Source: Octopus vulgaris
Taxonomy: Eukaryota
Assembly: GCA_951406725.2 (NCBI GenBank)
Contig: OX597823.1
Span: 41,168,001-41,232,000, forward strand
DNA: 64,000 nt
Direction: 5' to 3'
Shown here: piece after piece, positions 27,277-41,141 of the stretch
How positions within the stretch are numbered: position 1 is the stretch's first letter
Layout: each line of letters begins with the position of its first letter
Program-made: the position numbers and the translations under genes
Notes under the pieces: generated by a model
Databases searched by the model: none
What the model saw: the letters and a program-made list of their open reading frames with translations, nothing else
What the model was told of the DNA's origin: nothing

Positions 27277-27792
27277 GAGTGAGAGAGCAGCGCATACCAT
27301 CAAAGTGACTCTGGAGTACAAATATACGAAGCCCAATATACTCATCTTGACTACTCGTCTGAGAAGAGTACACCAGGCACATGCATCACAACCATATGTG
27401 CGCGACACGGTGATTCCATATCAAGATAAACAGTGCATGATCTTGCAGGTGGAACTCAGAATTTTCTTCAGGTTGAGTAGCCCGTCTCACTCTAAAGGTC
27501 CCTGTATAAGTTTTGTTTAAGGATAAATGAAACATTTATGTTTCCAGAGGTGAATTATTCAAATTCAGCACACGGCTATGATGTTCCTCCTCTACTTCTG
27601 CTCATGATCAGAGATGCACATATCGTCAGCCAGGAAGGGGGCATGCTCAACTGGTTATGGTCAAGCAACTGACAAGCAAACTTTTGGTATTGCGCAGAAT
27701 ATTTTATACCAAGACAAACATTTGTATGATAGCACTTCCAATCAGTTGAGATCAAAAGCTATGAGAGCCACTACTTGGTGCTGCATCAGGGA
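27277..27792 (-). mobile_element. Non-coding ~520-bp (TAA)n-targeting element, copy 2
   Basis: Reverse complement of 15568-16083; (TTA)n on both sides. Confidence 0.85.
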
Positions 27793-27851
<59 letters not shown>

Positions 27852-27852
<1 letters not shown>

Positions 27853-28367
27853 GCTGACAGATATGTTAGCCCGCCGGGCAAAATGCTTTGTTACATTTCA
27901 TCCGTCTTGACGTTCTGAGTTCAAATTCCGCCGAGGTTGGCTTTGCATTTTATCCTTCCGGGTCAATAAAATAAGTACCAGTTGAGTACTGGGGTCGACG
28001 TATTCGACTCATCCCTCAGCCCCGAAATTGTTGGCTTTGGGCCAAAAATTGAAACAATTATTATTATTATTATTGTTATTAATAAGGCGGCGACCTGGCA
28101 GACTTCTTAGAATGCCGGACAAAATGCTTAGCGATATTTCATTTATCTTCAAGGCGGCGAGCTGGCAGAATCGTTAGCACGCCGGGTGAAATGCTTAGCT
28201 GTATTTCGGCCGTCGCTACGTTTTGAGTTCAAATTTCGCCGAGGTTGACTTTACTTTTCATCCTTTTGGGGTCTATGAATGAAGTGCCAGTGAAAAACAC
28301 TGGGGTCGATGAAATCGACTTGTCCCCTCTCCACAAATTTCAGGCCTTGTGTTTTCAGTAGAAACGA
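27852..28367 (+). mobile_element. Cluster of three family-A SINEs (27852-28058, 28086-28150 partial, 28152-28367)
   Basis: Repeated ggcggcgagctggcaga head, gttcaaattccgccgagg, Meta-like domain; the two long copies end in (ATT)n. Confidence 0.85.
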
Positions 28368-28385
28368 TTATCATTATTATTATTA

Positions 28386-28453
<68 letters not shown>

Positions 28454-28459
28454 GTCATT

Positions 28460-29324
28460 CAGTAGTTTTATTTTTATAGCGTGCTTTCACTTCACTACCG
28501 AGCGCAGCTCTGTGTGCCTTAGGTATGTACTGTGATTTGTTGTGATGCTCTGATGGTTATTGTATGGAAAGTGTTCTGCGTATGATGTGTGCAGTGCCTA
28601 GTAGTGCAATTTTCTGTATGTTATAAAAAAATTGCACTACTAGGCACTGCACACATCAACGCAGAACACTTTCCATACAATAACCATCAGAGCATCACAA
28701 CAAATCACAGCACATACCTAAGGCACATTATTATTATTACTATTATTCAGTAGTTTTATTTTTATAGCGTGCTTTCACTTCACTACCGAGCGCAGCTCTG
28801 TGTGCCTTGGGTATGTGTTGTGATTTGTTGTGATGCTCTGATGGTTATTGTATGGAAAGTGTTCTGCGTATGATGTGTGCAGTGCCTAGTAGTGCAATTT
28901 TCTGTATGTTATAAAAAATTGCACTACTAGGCACTGCACACATCCTACGCAGAACACTTTCCATACAATAACCATCAGAGCATCACAACAAATCCCAGCA
29001 CATACCTAAGGCACATTATTATTATTACTATTATTCAGTAGTTTTATTTTTATAGCGTGCTTTCACTTCACTACCGGGCGCAGCTCTGTGTGCCTTGGGT
29101 ATGTGTTGTGATTTGTTGTGATGCTCTGATGGTTATTGTATGGAAAGTGTTCTGCGTATGATGTGTGCAGTGCCTAGTAGTGCAATTTTCTGTATGTTAT
29201 AAAAAAATTGCACTACTAGGCACTGCACACATCCTACGCAGAACACTTTCCATACAATAACCATCAGAGCATCACAACAAATCACAGCACATACCTAAGG
29301 CACATTATTATTATTACTATTATT
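28460..29324. repeat. Tandem array (3 x ~288 bp) of fold-back units derived from the Dong 3' end
   Basis: cagtagtttt recurs at 28460, 28748, 29036 and 29325; each unit is ~165 bp of Dong 3' end (-), a ~100-bp inverted copy (+) and a short (tta)n. Confidence 0.95.
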
Positions 29325-30222
29325 CAGTAGTTTTATTTTTATAGCGTGCTTTCACTTCACTACCGGGCGCAGCTCTGTGTGCCTTGGGTATGTGTTGTGA
29401 TTTGTTGTGATGCTCTGATGGTTATTGTATGGAAAGTGTTCTGCGTAGGATGTGTGCTGTGCCCAGTAGTGCAATTTTCTGTATGTTATATGTGTTTGTA
29501 AGTCCTGGTGTTTTTGTTATGTATTTGTCTGAATATTTTTTTATCATGCCTAATGCACCTACAATGATAGGAATTGTTTCTGTTTTCAGATTCCACATTC
29601 TAGTTACCTCTATTTCCAGGTCTTTGTATTTTGAGAGTTTCTCCATTTCTTTTAGAGACACGTTGTCATCTGCCGGTATTGATACATCAATTAGAAAGCA
29701 TTTTTTTCTTCATGATCTCTGACAACTATATCTGGTCTGTTGGCCTTAATTTCTCTATCATTACATGTTTTTGGTAATTTCTGGTGGGGAGGCTTTGGTC
29801 TTGTGCTGCAATTAAAAATCCTTCTGTTTCTGCTTTGAGTCCTGAGCTTCTTAACCATTGCTGGGATTTTTCTTTGTCTATTTCTTTTGCGTTTAGTTTA
29901 GTCCAGTATTTACCATGAAGGGGCTTTTCTTGCCATCGTTTTATCATGGTACGTTGCTGTTCTATTTTTAGTTTGGATTTCATTTGTTTTATAGCTTTTG
30001 TTGTTTCTTCATCTTCTTCTTCATCTTCTTCATGTTTATTAGGTGGTATGATTTCTTGTTTGTATTTGTCAGCTTCCTTAAATACTGAGAACAGTTTTTT
30101 GTTTTGCTCGTGTTTTGCCGCTATTTGTATCAGTTTTCCTTCCTTCTGAAGTAGATATTTTTGCAGTCCTATGGTGGTTATTTTATAGTAGTTTTCCAGC
30201 TTTATAAGGCCTCTACCACCTT

Positions 30223-31575
30223 CTATACGTTGTATATATAGTCTATGTCAGATTTTGGGTGATGCATTCTAGATCCTGTCATTATTTTTCTTGTTTTCCT
30301 ATCTATTTTGGTCAGTTCATTTCGTGTCCAGTTAAGGATATTGTAGCTGTAACTTATAACTGGGACAGCTAAAGTGGTGATACCTATTATCTTGTTTTTA
30401 GCATTGAGCTCTGTTTTTAGTATTGATCTAACTCGTCTATAATATTCTTTTTTTATTTTCTCTTTCATTTGTGTGTGTTGTGTCTTATCTAGTTCATGGA
30501 TTCCTAAGTATTTGTAAGTTTGGCTTTGGTCTAATTCTTTTATTTCATTGGTTTTATCTAGTGTGATGTTGCTACTCTTAACTAGTTTTCCTCTTTTCAT
30601 GGTTACTTTGGCGCATTTTTCTAATCCAAATTTCATATCTATTTCTTTGGTAAATCCATGAACTGTCTTTAATAGTGTTTCCAGCTGTTTGTCATTTGCA
30701 GCGTATAGTTTTAGGTCATCCATATATAAAAGGTGGCTGATCGTTTTGCCGTAACATTTATATCCGCATCCAGTTCTATTTAGCATATCAGATAGAGGTG
30801 ACAGTGCCAAGCAGAAAAGGAGTGGAGAGAGCGTGTCTCCCTGGAATATTCCTCTTCTAATGGGGATGTCTTTGGTTTTCATGAGTCCCTCTTTTGTTTG
30901 GAGGTGTAGGACTGTTTGCCATTTATTCATAGAGTGCTCTATGAATTTTATGATTGTTGGTGCTACTTTGTTAATGGCTAGTGTTTCGAGGATCCATGTG
31001 TGGGGGATGCTATCAAACGCCTTTTTGTAGTCAATCCTGGCCATACTGAGGCCTTTCTTCTTTCTGTGGCTGTCTTCAGTTATGGCTTTATTAATCATTA
31101 GTTGATATTTACAGCCATATGAGCCTTTGCGGCATCCTTTCTGCTCTTCTGGGAACAGTGTGTTTTCGTCCAGGTGCTTGTTCAACCTTTGCGATATCAC
31201 TGCAGTAAATGCCTTGAACATAGTAGGGAGGCAGGTTATTGGTCTGTAGTTTTCTGGTTTTGCTGTTTCATTTGATTTGGGAATTAAGATGGTTTTCCCC
31301 TTCGTGAGCCATTCAGGCATTGTCTCTTGCTCTGCTAGTATGCTGTTAAAGTTTTCAGCCAGCTTTTTGTGCATTCCTGTTAGATATTTCAACCAGAAGT
31401 TGGGGATCTTGTCATGCCCAGGTGCCTTCCAGTTGCTTAGTCTTTGCAGTGCCTGGGTGACCTCTTCAGTTGTTATGGGAGCCCAAAGTTGTTCAGATGC
31501 CGAGTTTGTTATTTTGATACTCCTTTTATTTGGTTGTTCGTTCGCCGACCATATTTCTCTCCAGAATTCTTCCAA
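30223..31575 (-). pseudogene. Reverse transcriptase domain of the Dong element (longest open segment, 450 aa)
   Basis: ORF track; complete non-LTR RT motif set including YMDD; bounded by a nonsense codon and a frameshift. Confidence 0.93.
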
Positions 31576-31942
31576 TTATTTTGCCGTTGGTGCTGCAGTG
31601 ACTTCTTGGTAGAACTTTTTGGGGTTGGAGTTGAACTTTTTGTTTTGTTCAAAGAAGCGTTGGCGTTTCTCGTACCGGCGGATCCTTTGTGCTTTGGCAA
31701 GGATATCTTGCTTCAGCTTTTCTTTTATCTCAGGCAAATCTTTCTATGTGAAGTTATATTTGCGGAGTATTTTTGTTTTCTTTTTGTTGCTCAGTAGCGT
31801 TGATTGTTTGCTGATTTCATTAAGAATCGACAGATCTTTTCTAATTTTCTGTATTTTATTTTGGATGTTATTTATCCACAGGGTTTGTTTGGGTGGCGGT
31901 ACTCCTGTTTGGACGGGTTTGATTGAGTATCCAGCTTCTTTT

Positions 31943-32074
31943 GTGGCTGCAGTGGCTGCTGCGTATATTAAGTCATGTGGCTGCAGTGGCTGCTGCGTAT
32001 ATTAAGTCATGTGGCTGCAGTGGCTGCTGCGTATATTAAGTCATGTGGCTGCAGTGGCTGCTGCGTATATTAAG

Positions 32075-32078
<4 letters not shown>
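31943..32078. repeat. Perfect 34-bp x4 tandem repeat at the Dong 5' junction
   Basis: gtggctgcagtggctgctgcgtatattaagtcat starting at 31943, 31977, 32011 and 32045. Confidence 0.97.
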
Positions 32079-32144
<66 letters not shown>

Positions 32145-32813
32145 CATTATTATTATTATTATTATTATGTTCAACATTTTTTTTTCTTGTTTCCAACAAG
32201 TTTCCTTTTACTAATTTGCTTCGATTTATATTGCCTCAATCCTCCCGCCCACCCGACCCATCGACAAGAATTAGTTCTTTATTTCGTCAAAACGGATATA
32301 TAGCACACAGTGGAATTTTCAGGACAATTGCCAGATCATTTACAACCTTGCTGCAATGTCGTCGTTAATGTAAATTAATTTGATAGTTTACAAACTGGAA
32401 TTCGTGCCCACCCACCCCTCGACTGGCTCACCTAACCTACTTTACTACACTCCTAGTGCTTCTCATAATGTGTTCATAGACAGGCATTCTACGCGCGCGC
32501 ACACACATATATGTATTTAATCTCTCTCCCTATCTCTTTCTCTCTCTGTCTCTCTATATATATGCGTGTGTGTGTCTCTGTGCATACATAAACACACATG
32601 TCTCTAAATGCAGATTTAAGTATATACGTGTGTGTGGGGGGAGGGTGTATGTATATCTGTATAACTGCATATATCCATGCATATCCAAACATATCCATAT
32701 GATCTGGATTAGATCATAGTTTCTTGCTTTGTCAGATGCTAAACTCTTCAAACAGTTTTGATGGCTTTATGAATGTGTCATCTCTCTGTCTCCATTGCAA
32801 GTGTCTTTATAAC

Positions 32814-32866
<53 letters not shown>

Positions 32867-32979
32867 GTACACACATATACATAAATAGATACATACATAC
32901 ATGCATACATACTTACATACATACATACATAAATACACATACATACATATATATACATATATATATATACATACATACA

Positions 32980-33012
<33 letters not shown>

Positions 33013-33115
33013 GTGTGTGGGTGTGTGTGTGTACATAGATACATATGCATACATACACACATATTATTGAAAGGGCATCTTCCATTCATTCGTCCGATAT
33101 AAACCAACGTACTTA

Positions 33116-33159
<44 letters not shown>

Positions 33160-34984
33160 AGGTAAAAGTTTTTATTTTTCATTCCTTTTGAAGATTGCTC
33201 TTAAATGTGGTTTTGGTCGTTTTGACTACTTCTAGCGTGTAAAAACTGCCTGTCAAAGGCAGTTTTCTCTTGTGTTTAAAAGTACACTATAGATATATTT
33301 ATATATAGATATATATAGATATATATATATATATATATATCACCTGCTGTGTGTACATACGTATGTATGCGTGTATGCATGTTCTTCTCTTTCTCTATGT
33401 TAGAGTAAATTTTGACCGGTCACCTACATAGCAAGGTCATGATCAAAAGTAACTTCTTTTAACCATCATCTTTTAAATCTTAAGAAGGTCTTGCAGATTT
33501 TTGCTTGTATATATACATGTATGTATGTATGTATGTATGTATGTATTATGTATGTATGTATGTATGTATGTATGTATGCATGGATGTATGCATGCATGCA
33601 TGCATGCATGTATGTATGTGTATGTATGTATGTATGTATGTATGTATGTATGTATGTATGTATGTATATATGTACATACGTATGTACATACGTATGTATG
33701 TGTTTATTTTATAATTCAGTTTTGTTTCAAAATCTCTTGCCAAGAGAGAAAAAGGGTCGATTTCTAAGCTAGATCCAAGGCTGCTTCATTCGAATTTCAC
33801 TAATGTTAGCAGGGTATTTGTAATGTATGCATGTAAGTATGTATGCATACAGTATCAGGAGTCAGTACATATGCGTATTTGTATGTTTTGTTCTATGTAT
33901 GTATTCTCATGCATATGCGCATATATACTAAACATATATTCTAAACTTATGGAAAGTTTTTCAAATTCATACAAATCCATTGATGATTTGGATCTCTAAT
34001 CTTCGAATCAGCTTTCTACATTCTGGTTTTGAGAAGATGTATACATGTATGTTTGCATGATTGTCAGAGTGCATAATGCATAATTTTCTGTATATTTATA
34101 AGTAGCTATATGTTCTTCTATGTATACGAGATGCATGATATCTATCAAGTGTCAAGCTACAAGACACACAACCGGAAGGAGGGCTGTCCCTAAGATTTAT
34201 AGGCTGGCAACAAATGTTTCCTAGATGGATCGGTTGGTTTGAGGAAGAATTGTAAACAGCGTATAAACACAGGATGGTAATGGTCGTTAGTGGTTTCTGA
34301 CAGAGGTTTTGGATGGATGGGTTGGTAGATGGTCACTGTGATTCTTATACGGTTACAAAATAACTGAACTGCTGTCAGGGCGAGGGTGCTACTTAAATAG
34401 TTTTTGTTAGTATATTGATTTTCAGTCTGATACATTATTTATCGATCTCTATCGAATCAGTGCCATATTTCAAAATCTTTTACCTTTTACTCGTTTCATT
34501 CATTGGACCACAGCCATGCTGAGGCACCACCCCATTGAAGAGTTTCATCGAACAAATCGACACTCGTACTTATTCTTAAGCTTGATATTTATTATGTCGG
34601 TTTCTTTTGTCAATTTGCTAAGCTATGGTGACGTAGACAAACGAAAACCAGTTACCAAACGGTGCATGAAGACAAACAAGAAAGACACACACACATATAT
34701 ATATACACATACACACACATACATATATGCATGAACACACAGACAGTCATGCCGGACTTAGTTCACGGTCTCTATCAACCAAATTCTTTGACATGGCATT
34801 GGTTGGTGCAGGACGATAACAGAAGACACTTGCCCAAGGTGCTGTGCAATGCAGCTGAATCCGAAAAAACACTTCGTGATTGTTTTATTTGCTTCTGTCT
34901 TTTTGCATGAAGCAACTCGAAGTTCAAGTTCATACTAGTAAATATAAATGCAAAAATATGCAATTATATATGCACATGCACACA

Positions 34985-35040
<56 letters not shown>

Positions 35041-35337
35041 TCCACAAGATAATCATTTATTCCTTTGCCATTTCTTTCTTTCTTTTTATATATATAATAG
35101 TTACAATAATCCTTGAAAGGAATGTATAAACATGTAATGCATTGCTACGCACGTTTCCACAAAACACATGTCTCTTAATATCACAGTCCATACTCCCGAA
35201 TGATTACAGTGTCGTCCGTATTATCCGTGGGCATCGGGTAGATCATCCTCATGGATTCATTTCTTCAGCTGATATAACATTAATGGATGTTCATCCTTTA
35301 TATCTATATATATTATATCTATCTATCCATCTATGTA

Positions 35338-35410
<73 letters not shown>

Positions 35411-36232
35411 GCGCGCGCACACATTACACACACACGCACACACACATCTCACACACACACACACATCACTCACACATCACACACACACACATCACACATA
35501 CACACACACACATCTGAAGATGAGCTAAGAGAAATAACTAACAACTCAGTGGCCACTAGCAGTATGAATGTAGACAATAGAGATATAGTTATAAGTCAAA
35601 GCGCCATAGGAAGATACATGGTAAATTCTTTCTGTATTGACATTAGGTGCAAAATTGGCTGTGAGGTAAAGAAGATTGTTTTGTAACTAATTGGTTTGGG
35701 GACATTCCCACTGTACAGAACCTAAGAGCAAGTGTTTTCTACTATAGCCCTAGACGGACTTATCCCTTGTTAGTGAATATGGCAAGTGGAAACTGTGTAA
35801 AAATACGTTGCACAAATAGATGTGTACTTGTACATGCGTGCGTGTGTGTGTATGTGTGTGTGTGTGTTTACATAATAAGAATTTACAATCATTGAGAGAT
35901 ACGAAGCAAACTATTTTTAATGGTGGAACTTGATAAAGCTTATAAATTATAGCGCGTGAAATAATCGGTCAAAAAAAAAAATTGGGACAAACCAACTTTT
36001 TTCACCCAGTAATCTACACGCTGATAGTTATTGCTTTATCTACTTCGAGTTCCATCGTTGAAAAGAACTTCGTATATGTAGGTACGTAAGTATGCATACA
36101 TGTACATATATCTGTACATATTTATGTATGTTTGTACGTATAAATGTATATATACATTTGTGTATGTATGTGTGTGTATATATATATATATATTATATAT
36201 ATGAATGTGCATAGGCGTTTGTATTATACAAA

Positions 36233-36574
36233 GAGAATTTCTCAATGTGTAATTCCACTAAATAGCATACGAATATATACACAGATGCATTCAAACACAT
36301 ACTTATATACATACATAAATATATACCAACACAAACGTATTTATATACTTGCATACATACTGACAATCAGACAAATATCTGGTACATATATAAATCGTAT
36401 ATATATATATGCAAGTGTATATGTACGTATGTATGCATGTACTTATGCTTGTACGTATGTATATAAGTGAGTCTATATATATATGTCTGTGAGTGTGTGT
36501 TTATATGAATGTGTATAAGTGAGTGTTATAGTAATAGAATTTGTCAATGTGTAATCCCACTAAATAGCACACGA

Positions 36575-36642
<68 letters not shown>

Positions 36643-36756
36643 GTACTTAAACACATACATACTTGTATACATAAATATAAACCCACGCATAAACGTATTT
36701 ATATGCCTGCACACATACAAACAGACATATCTATGGTACATATATATAAATCGTAT
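36233..36756. repeat. Diverged ~300-bp-period direct duplication
   Basis: agaattt(c/g)tcaatgtgtaat(t/c)ccactaaatagca...ggtacatatataaatcgtat present at ~36234 and ~36536. Confidence 0.7.
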
Positions 36757-37471
36757 TAAAAATGAATATTGATAAAGTGAAAAATGACAGTACATTAAGT
36801 TAAATATCCCTTTAATGTGTTTATGTCAATCACCCCACCTTACCATTTATGATAAGGAAAGTTATCAACGCTCTCTTTCTCAATATAAATACGCAGATAG
36901 ACACACACACACACGCACACACACACACACAAACAAACACACACACACACATACTCACAAACATACACACACACATACACACACATGCAAGTACGCAGTG
37001 ATTGTTACGGAATGCAAATATACCTACTAGTGAAAATCAGTAGCTAACTGGAATAGAAACTGGGTCGATGTGAAAGCTGGTGGACCTAGTGCTTCAAGAT
37101 AAGGTTCCAGCGATATACAAACACACACATGCATATACATACACACACGCATATGCATATACATGCACACACACACATATGCATATACAAACACACACAA
37201 ATACACACACACGCGCACACACATGCATGAAGATTTGTAGGTAAAAAGTTAAATACATGCAGCGAGACTTCTGGTAGACTGCATTGGCAAACGTTATATT
37301 TCTTGGTAGAAACGTTAAGTTTCTTAACTTTGTTCCGCGTTGGGAGAATCGTTTTCAACATATCCGACAAGATTCTTCTTAGGGGAAAAGAAAATTACTC
37401 GAAAAATCAGAGACGCTTCTCCCAATGTCATGCGAACTCCAGAAAGTATACGCTTTATCAATAATAATTGT

Positions 37472-37845
37472 GGAGGCGCAATGTCCCAGTGGTTAGGGCA
37501 GTGGCCTCGCTGTCTTAGGATCGTGGTTTCGATTCCCAGACAGGGCATTGTGAGTATTTATTGAGCGAAAACACCTAAAGCTCCGACAAGGGGTGGTGGT
37601 GAACCCTGTTGTATCCTTTCACTACAACTTTCTCTTATTCTTTCTTCCTGTTTCTGTTGTACCTGTATTTCAAAGGGCCAGCCTTGTCACACTCTGTGTA
37701 ATGCTGAGTCTCCCCGAGAACTACGTTAAGGACACACGTGTCTGTGAAGTGCTCAGCCACTTGCACGTTAATTTCACGAGCAGGCTGTTCCGTTGATCGG
37801 ATCAACTGGAACACTCGTCGTCGTAACCGACGGAATACCAACAAT
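37472..37845 (+). mobile_element. tRNA-derived SINE (family C)
   Basis: ggaggcgcaatgtcccagtggttag (A box), ggtttcgattccc (B box), AC-rich tail. Confidence 0.85.
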
Positions 37846-39479
37846 AAGCAGCCCATTCATAAAAATTTGTGCTGAATAAATACCGCGTAAATTTGCCTGT
37901 ATGATACACAAATAGCAATTTTAATCTAAAACTATTTCTAACATTACCTGATGAAAAATTAAGGAACACAATACTTATTGTAACATTCAGAAACTTTCAG
38001 ATTTCATCAAAATTGAATATTTCAAGCTTTTTGGAAACTTTAAAAGAAATTCGCGTGCGCGCGCAAACACACACATATATGCATCTATAACTTACTTGTC
38101 TGTGCGTGTGCATGTTATAGAGACAAAAAGTCTACAGATATGAATGAAGACATTAATTATTGTTCCGAGTTTTCACCTTTCCGATCTTCAGACTAAACCA
38201 GAGATTCCCTATTGTATATTGTTTTCCACAGTGTGGGGAGCATGAAAATCTCCTTCATAGGAAATGTACAGGCATGATACAAAAGAATGGAAAGCCTCGA
38301 ACAGATTTCAGAAATCTTATTGAGAAGAATATGGAATTCGATGCAAGGCCTTCAATACATAGGGAGAGAGAGGGAGAGAGAGTGAAGGGAGAGAGAGGGA
38401 TAGGGAGAGAGGTGGGACAGGGAGAGGGACAGGGCAGAGAGGGAGAAAAATGTAATTGTATAATTTGCTCCCGTTTTCTCATGAAAAGATATAAATATAT
38501 GTTGTAGATTATGGAAGAATTTGTTGAAAATCCGATGACAGAATTTATTCTTCAAAAAAAGTCAGGTGATGTGATTTTATAAAAGGCAATCGATATTTCA
38601 TACATGCCAGAAAATGGAAGGATAGACAGAACGGGAAGAAATCTGAATGCTGGGAAATACAAGCAAGCAGGGGAAAATTTTATGAAATAGATTTGAAACT
38701 TCCGTTTCAGGCAACATTTTGCGTCTTTTCATACACCCTGTACATTCACGTTTATGCACCCATACGCAAAAGTGTATACATATGAATGTGCGTGCAGAAA
38801 CATGAAGAGAGATGAAAGCTTGTAAGAAGCGTTATCTCCTTAGAGGTATAAAACGTTGCATGAGTATTATCTAACTTCAACATCTAGTAGAGGACTTAAT
38901 TCTTTCCCCTACAAACCAAAATGTTTTTCCAATTTTTTCCCAAGCATTCTTCTCCTTCTACTCTTATGCATTCTTCTAATTACGTAAAATCGATTGACTT
39001 TATCATATAATCACATCATAAGCCTTTTCTTATAAAAATTCTCTACTCAATGAACTCTATTCATGAAACATTTTCACTATATTTTCCATAATCTATAATT
39101 TATATATTTTTCTATGCCCTTTCATTATTAAACAGATCAGCTTATAAATTTGTGCTCCCTATCATTAAGTATGTTCACCCAGACATCCATAAACTACAGG
39201 TAGAAAACACTTTTCTTTGCATCCAAAGAAAACTCGGTAACAAGTATTCTTCTGAACACCCTTAAAGAAATTTTCTTTCTTCTCCATTCATTTTAGCTGT
39301 TGTATTTAGCATACTTTTCCCATAAAAAAAAGAAGTATTGTTGCAGTAATTTTTTCCTTGAAGCTACTATAAGCATTGACTGTTCTTGCTTTAGTCATTC
39401 CTTCTATCCAAATATATGGAATGTGAAACTTAGGCTAATAGCTGATGGAGGCTCCTAGAGGTTTCAACTCTGAATATGT

Positions 39480-39514
<35 letters not shown>

Positions 39515-39668
39515 ATTCATCATCATATTCATCATCATCATCATTTTAACATGCACTTTCCATGCTTGCATGAGTCAGATGGAATTTGTTGAAAGAGATT
39601 TTCTTCAGCCACATATACTTCCTGTCATCAATTCACACTTGCTTCCAAGGTAATATATCTTCATGACC

Positions 39669-39830
39669 AGGAGTGACTGTGTGGTAAGTAGCTTGCTTAC
39701 CAACCACATGGTTCTGGGTTCAGTTCCACTGTGTGGCACTTTGGGCAAGTGTCTTCTACTCTAGCCTCGGGCTGACCAAAGCCTTGTGAGTGGATTTGGT
39801 AGACAGAAAATGAAAGAAGCCCGTCGTATA
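39669..39830 (+). mobile_element. tRNA-derived SINE (family B, CORE-like)
   Basis: A/B-box-like head then ttgggcaagt; related copies near 5030, 6315(-), 19870(-), 25215, 34750(-), 35650, 48075, 56270(-) and 62395(-). Confidence 0.85.
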
Positions 39831-39878
39831 TATGTATATGTATATATGTGTGTGTTTGTGTGTGTGTGGGTGTGTGTG

Positions 39879-40135
39879 GAGGCACATGGCCCAGTGGTTA
39901 GAGCAGCGGACTTGCGGTCGAGAGATTGCGGGTTCGAATCTCAGACAGGGCAATGTGTGTGTTTATGAGCAAAACACCTAAGCTCCATGCAGCTCTGGCA
40001 GAAGATAATGACAAACTTCTGCTGACTCTTTCACCACAACTTTCTCTCACTCTTTCCTCCTGCATCTTGTAGCTCACCTGCAATGGACCGGCATCCCATC
40101 CAGGTGGGGAACCTATACGCCAAAGAAACCGAGAA
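39879..40135 (+). mobile_element. tRNA-derived SINE (family C variant)
   Basis: tggcccagtggttagagc A box, ggttcgaatc B box; shares aaaacacctaagctcc with the 37472 copy. Confidence 0.85.
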
Positions 40136-40141
40136 GGAACA

Positions 40142-40213
<72 letters not shown>

Positions 40214-40877
40214 TATATTTGTATGTATGTATGTATATATGAGAAGGGGACATAATCTCTAGAATTAAGTATTTTCCAAAACTTAGCTACCTCAGTTTGG
40301 GAGAGAGAGAAGAAAGAAGAGAAAGGAGAGCAGGATAAGACGATAATGTGATGAGGTGTACACCCAAAATACAGAGAAGACTAATTTCCCTCAACCAAGA
40401 AACTTAGATACATACAAAAAGAGTAGAACATATATTATGGCTTAGATAATTTGGATAATTAAACAAAAATGAGCTAAGAGAAATAACACAGAGTTATATA
40501 TATATAGTTAAATAACTGTTAAATAGCTAATATGTTTCCATTTCTAAAAAATTGATGAAAGACAATAAAACAAAACAACTATTTGTAAAAACTTTACCTA
40601 TTAAGCAATTATTTCAACTCTACATCCTATATATTTAATAATTTTTATTGATTTTTCACTAACAATGTTCTTTCCAAAATATGCCTTCAATTATATAAGT
40701 CTATGTATGTGTGTATATACATATTTATATATGTGTGTATGTATGGGTGTGTGTCTATGTGTAAACATCTGTTTATTATGCATATAGTCATACACACACA
40801 CATTTATATAGACATAGATACATATACGCTAAACGATGATGATGATGATGATGATGATGATATATATATATTTATTA

Positions 40878-40922
<45 letters not shown>

Positions 40923-40937
40923 TGCATATATATATGT

Positions 40938-41007
<70 letters not shown>

Positions 41008-41047
41008 GGAGAACGGACGTTAAACGACGATGATGACGATGATGATG

Positions 41048-41141
<94 letters not shown>

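Larger units (their letters stand above)
29325..32078 (-). mobile_element. R4/Dong-clade non-LTR retrotransposon, 5'-truncated and disabled, inserted in (TAA)n
   Basis: RT ORF 30223-31575 (KAPGHD, YRPITCL, DYKKAFDS, GIFQGDTLSP, YMDD), ETEGFLIAAQDQ, RPDIVV/IDVSIP/EMEKLSKYKDL endonuclease; stops near 31577 and 31746, frameshift near 30240, zinc knuckle deleted; (TTA)n flanks. Confidence 0.96.

Noticed and set aside
31943-32078. 34-bp direct repeats as a CRISPR array
   Set aside because: No spacers, eukaryotic context, and the unit is LINE coding sequence.
38160-38507. 115-aa ORF
   Set aside because: Half is GA-repeat translation; no motif or splice support.
37472-39950. tRNA genes at 37472 and 39879
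   Set aside because: No complete acceptor stem; both continue into SINE bodies.
40260-40300. Minus-strand CTGAGGT...GAAAATACTTA hammerhead-like motif
   Set aside because: Core mismatch and no convincing stems.
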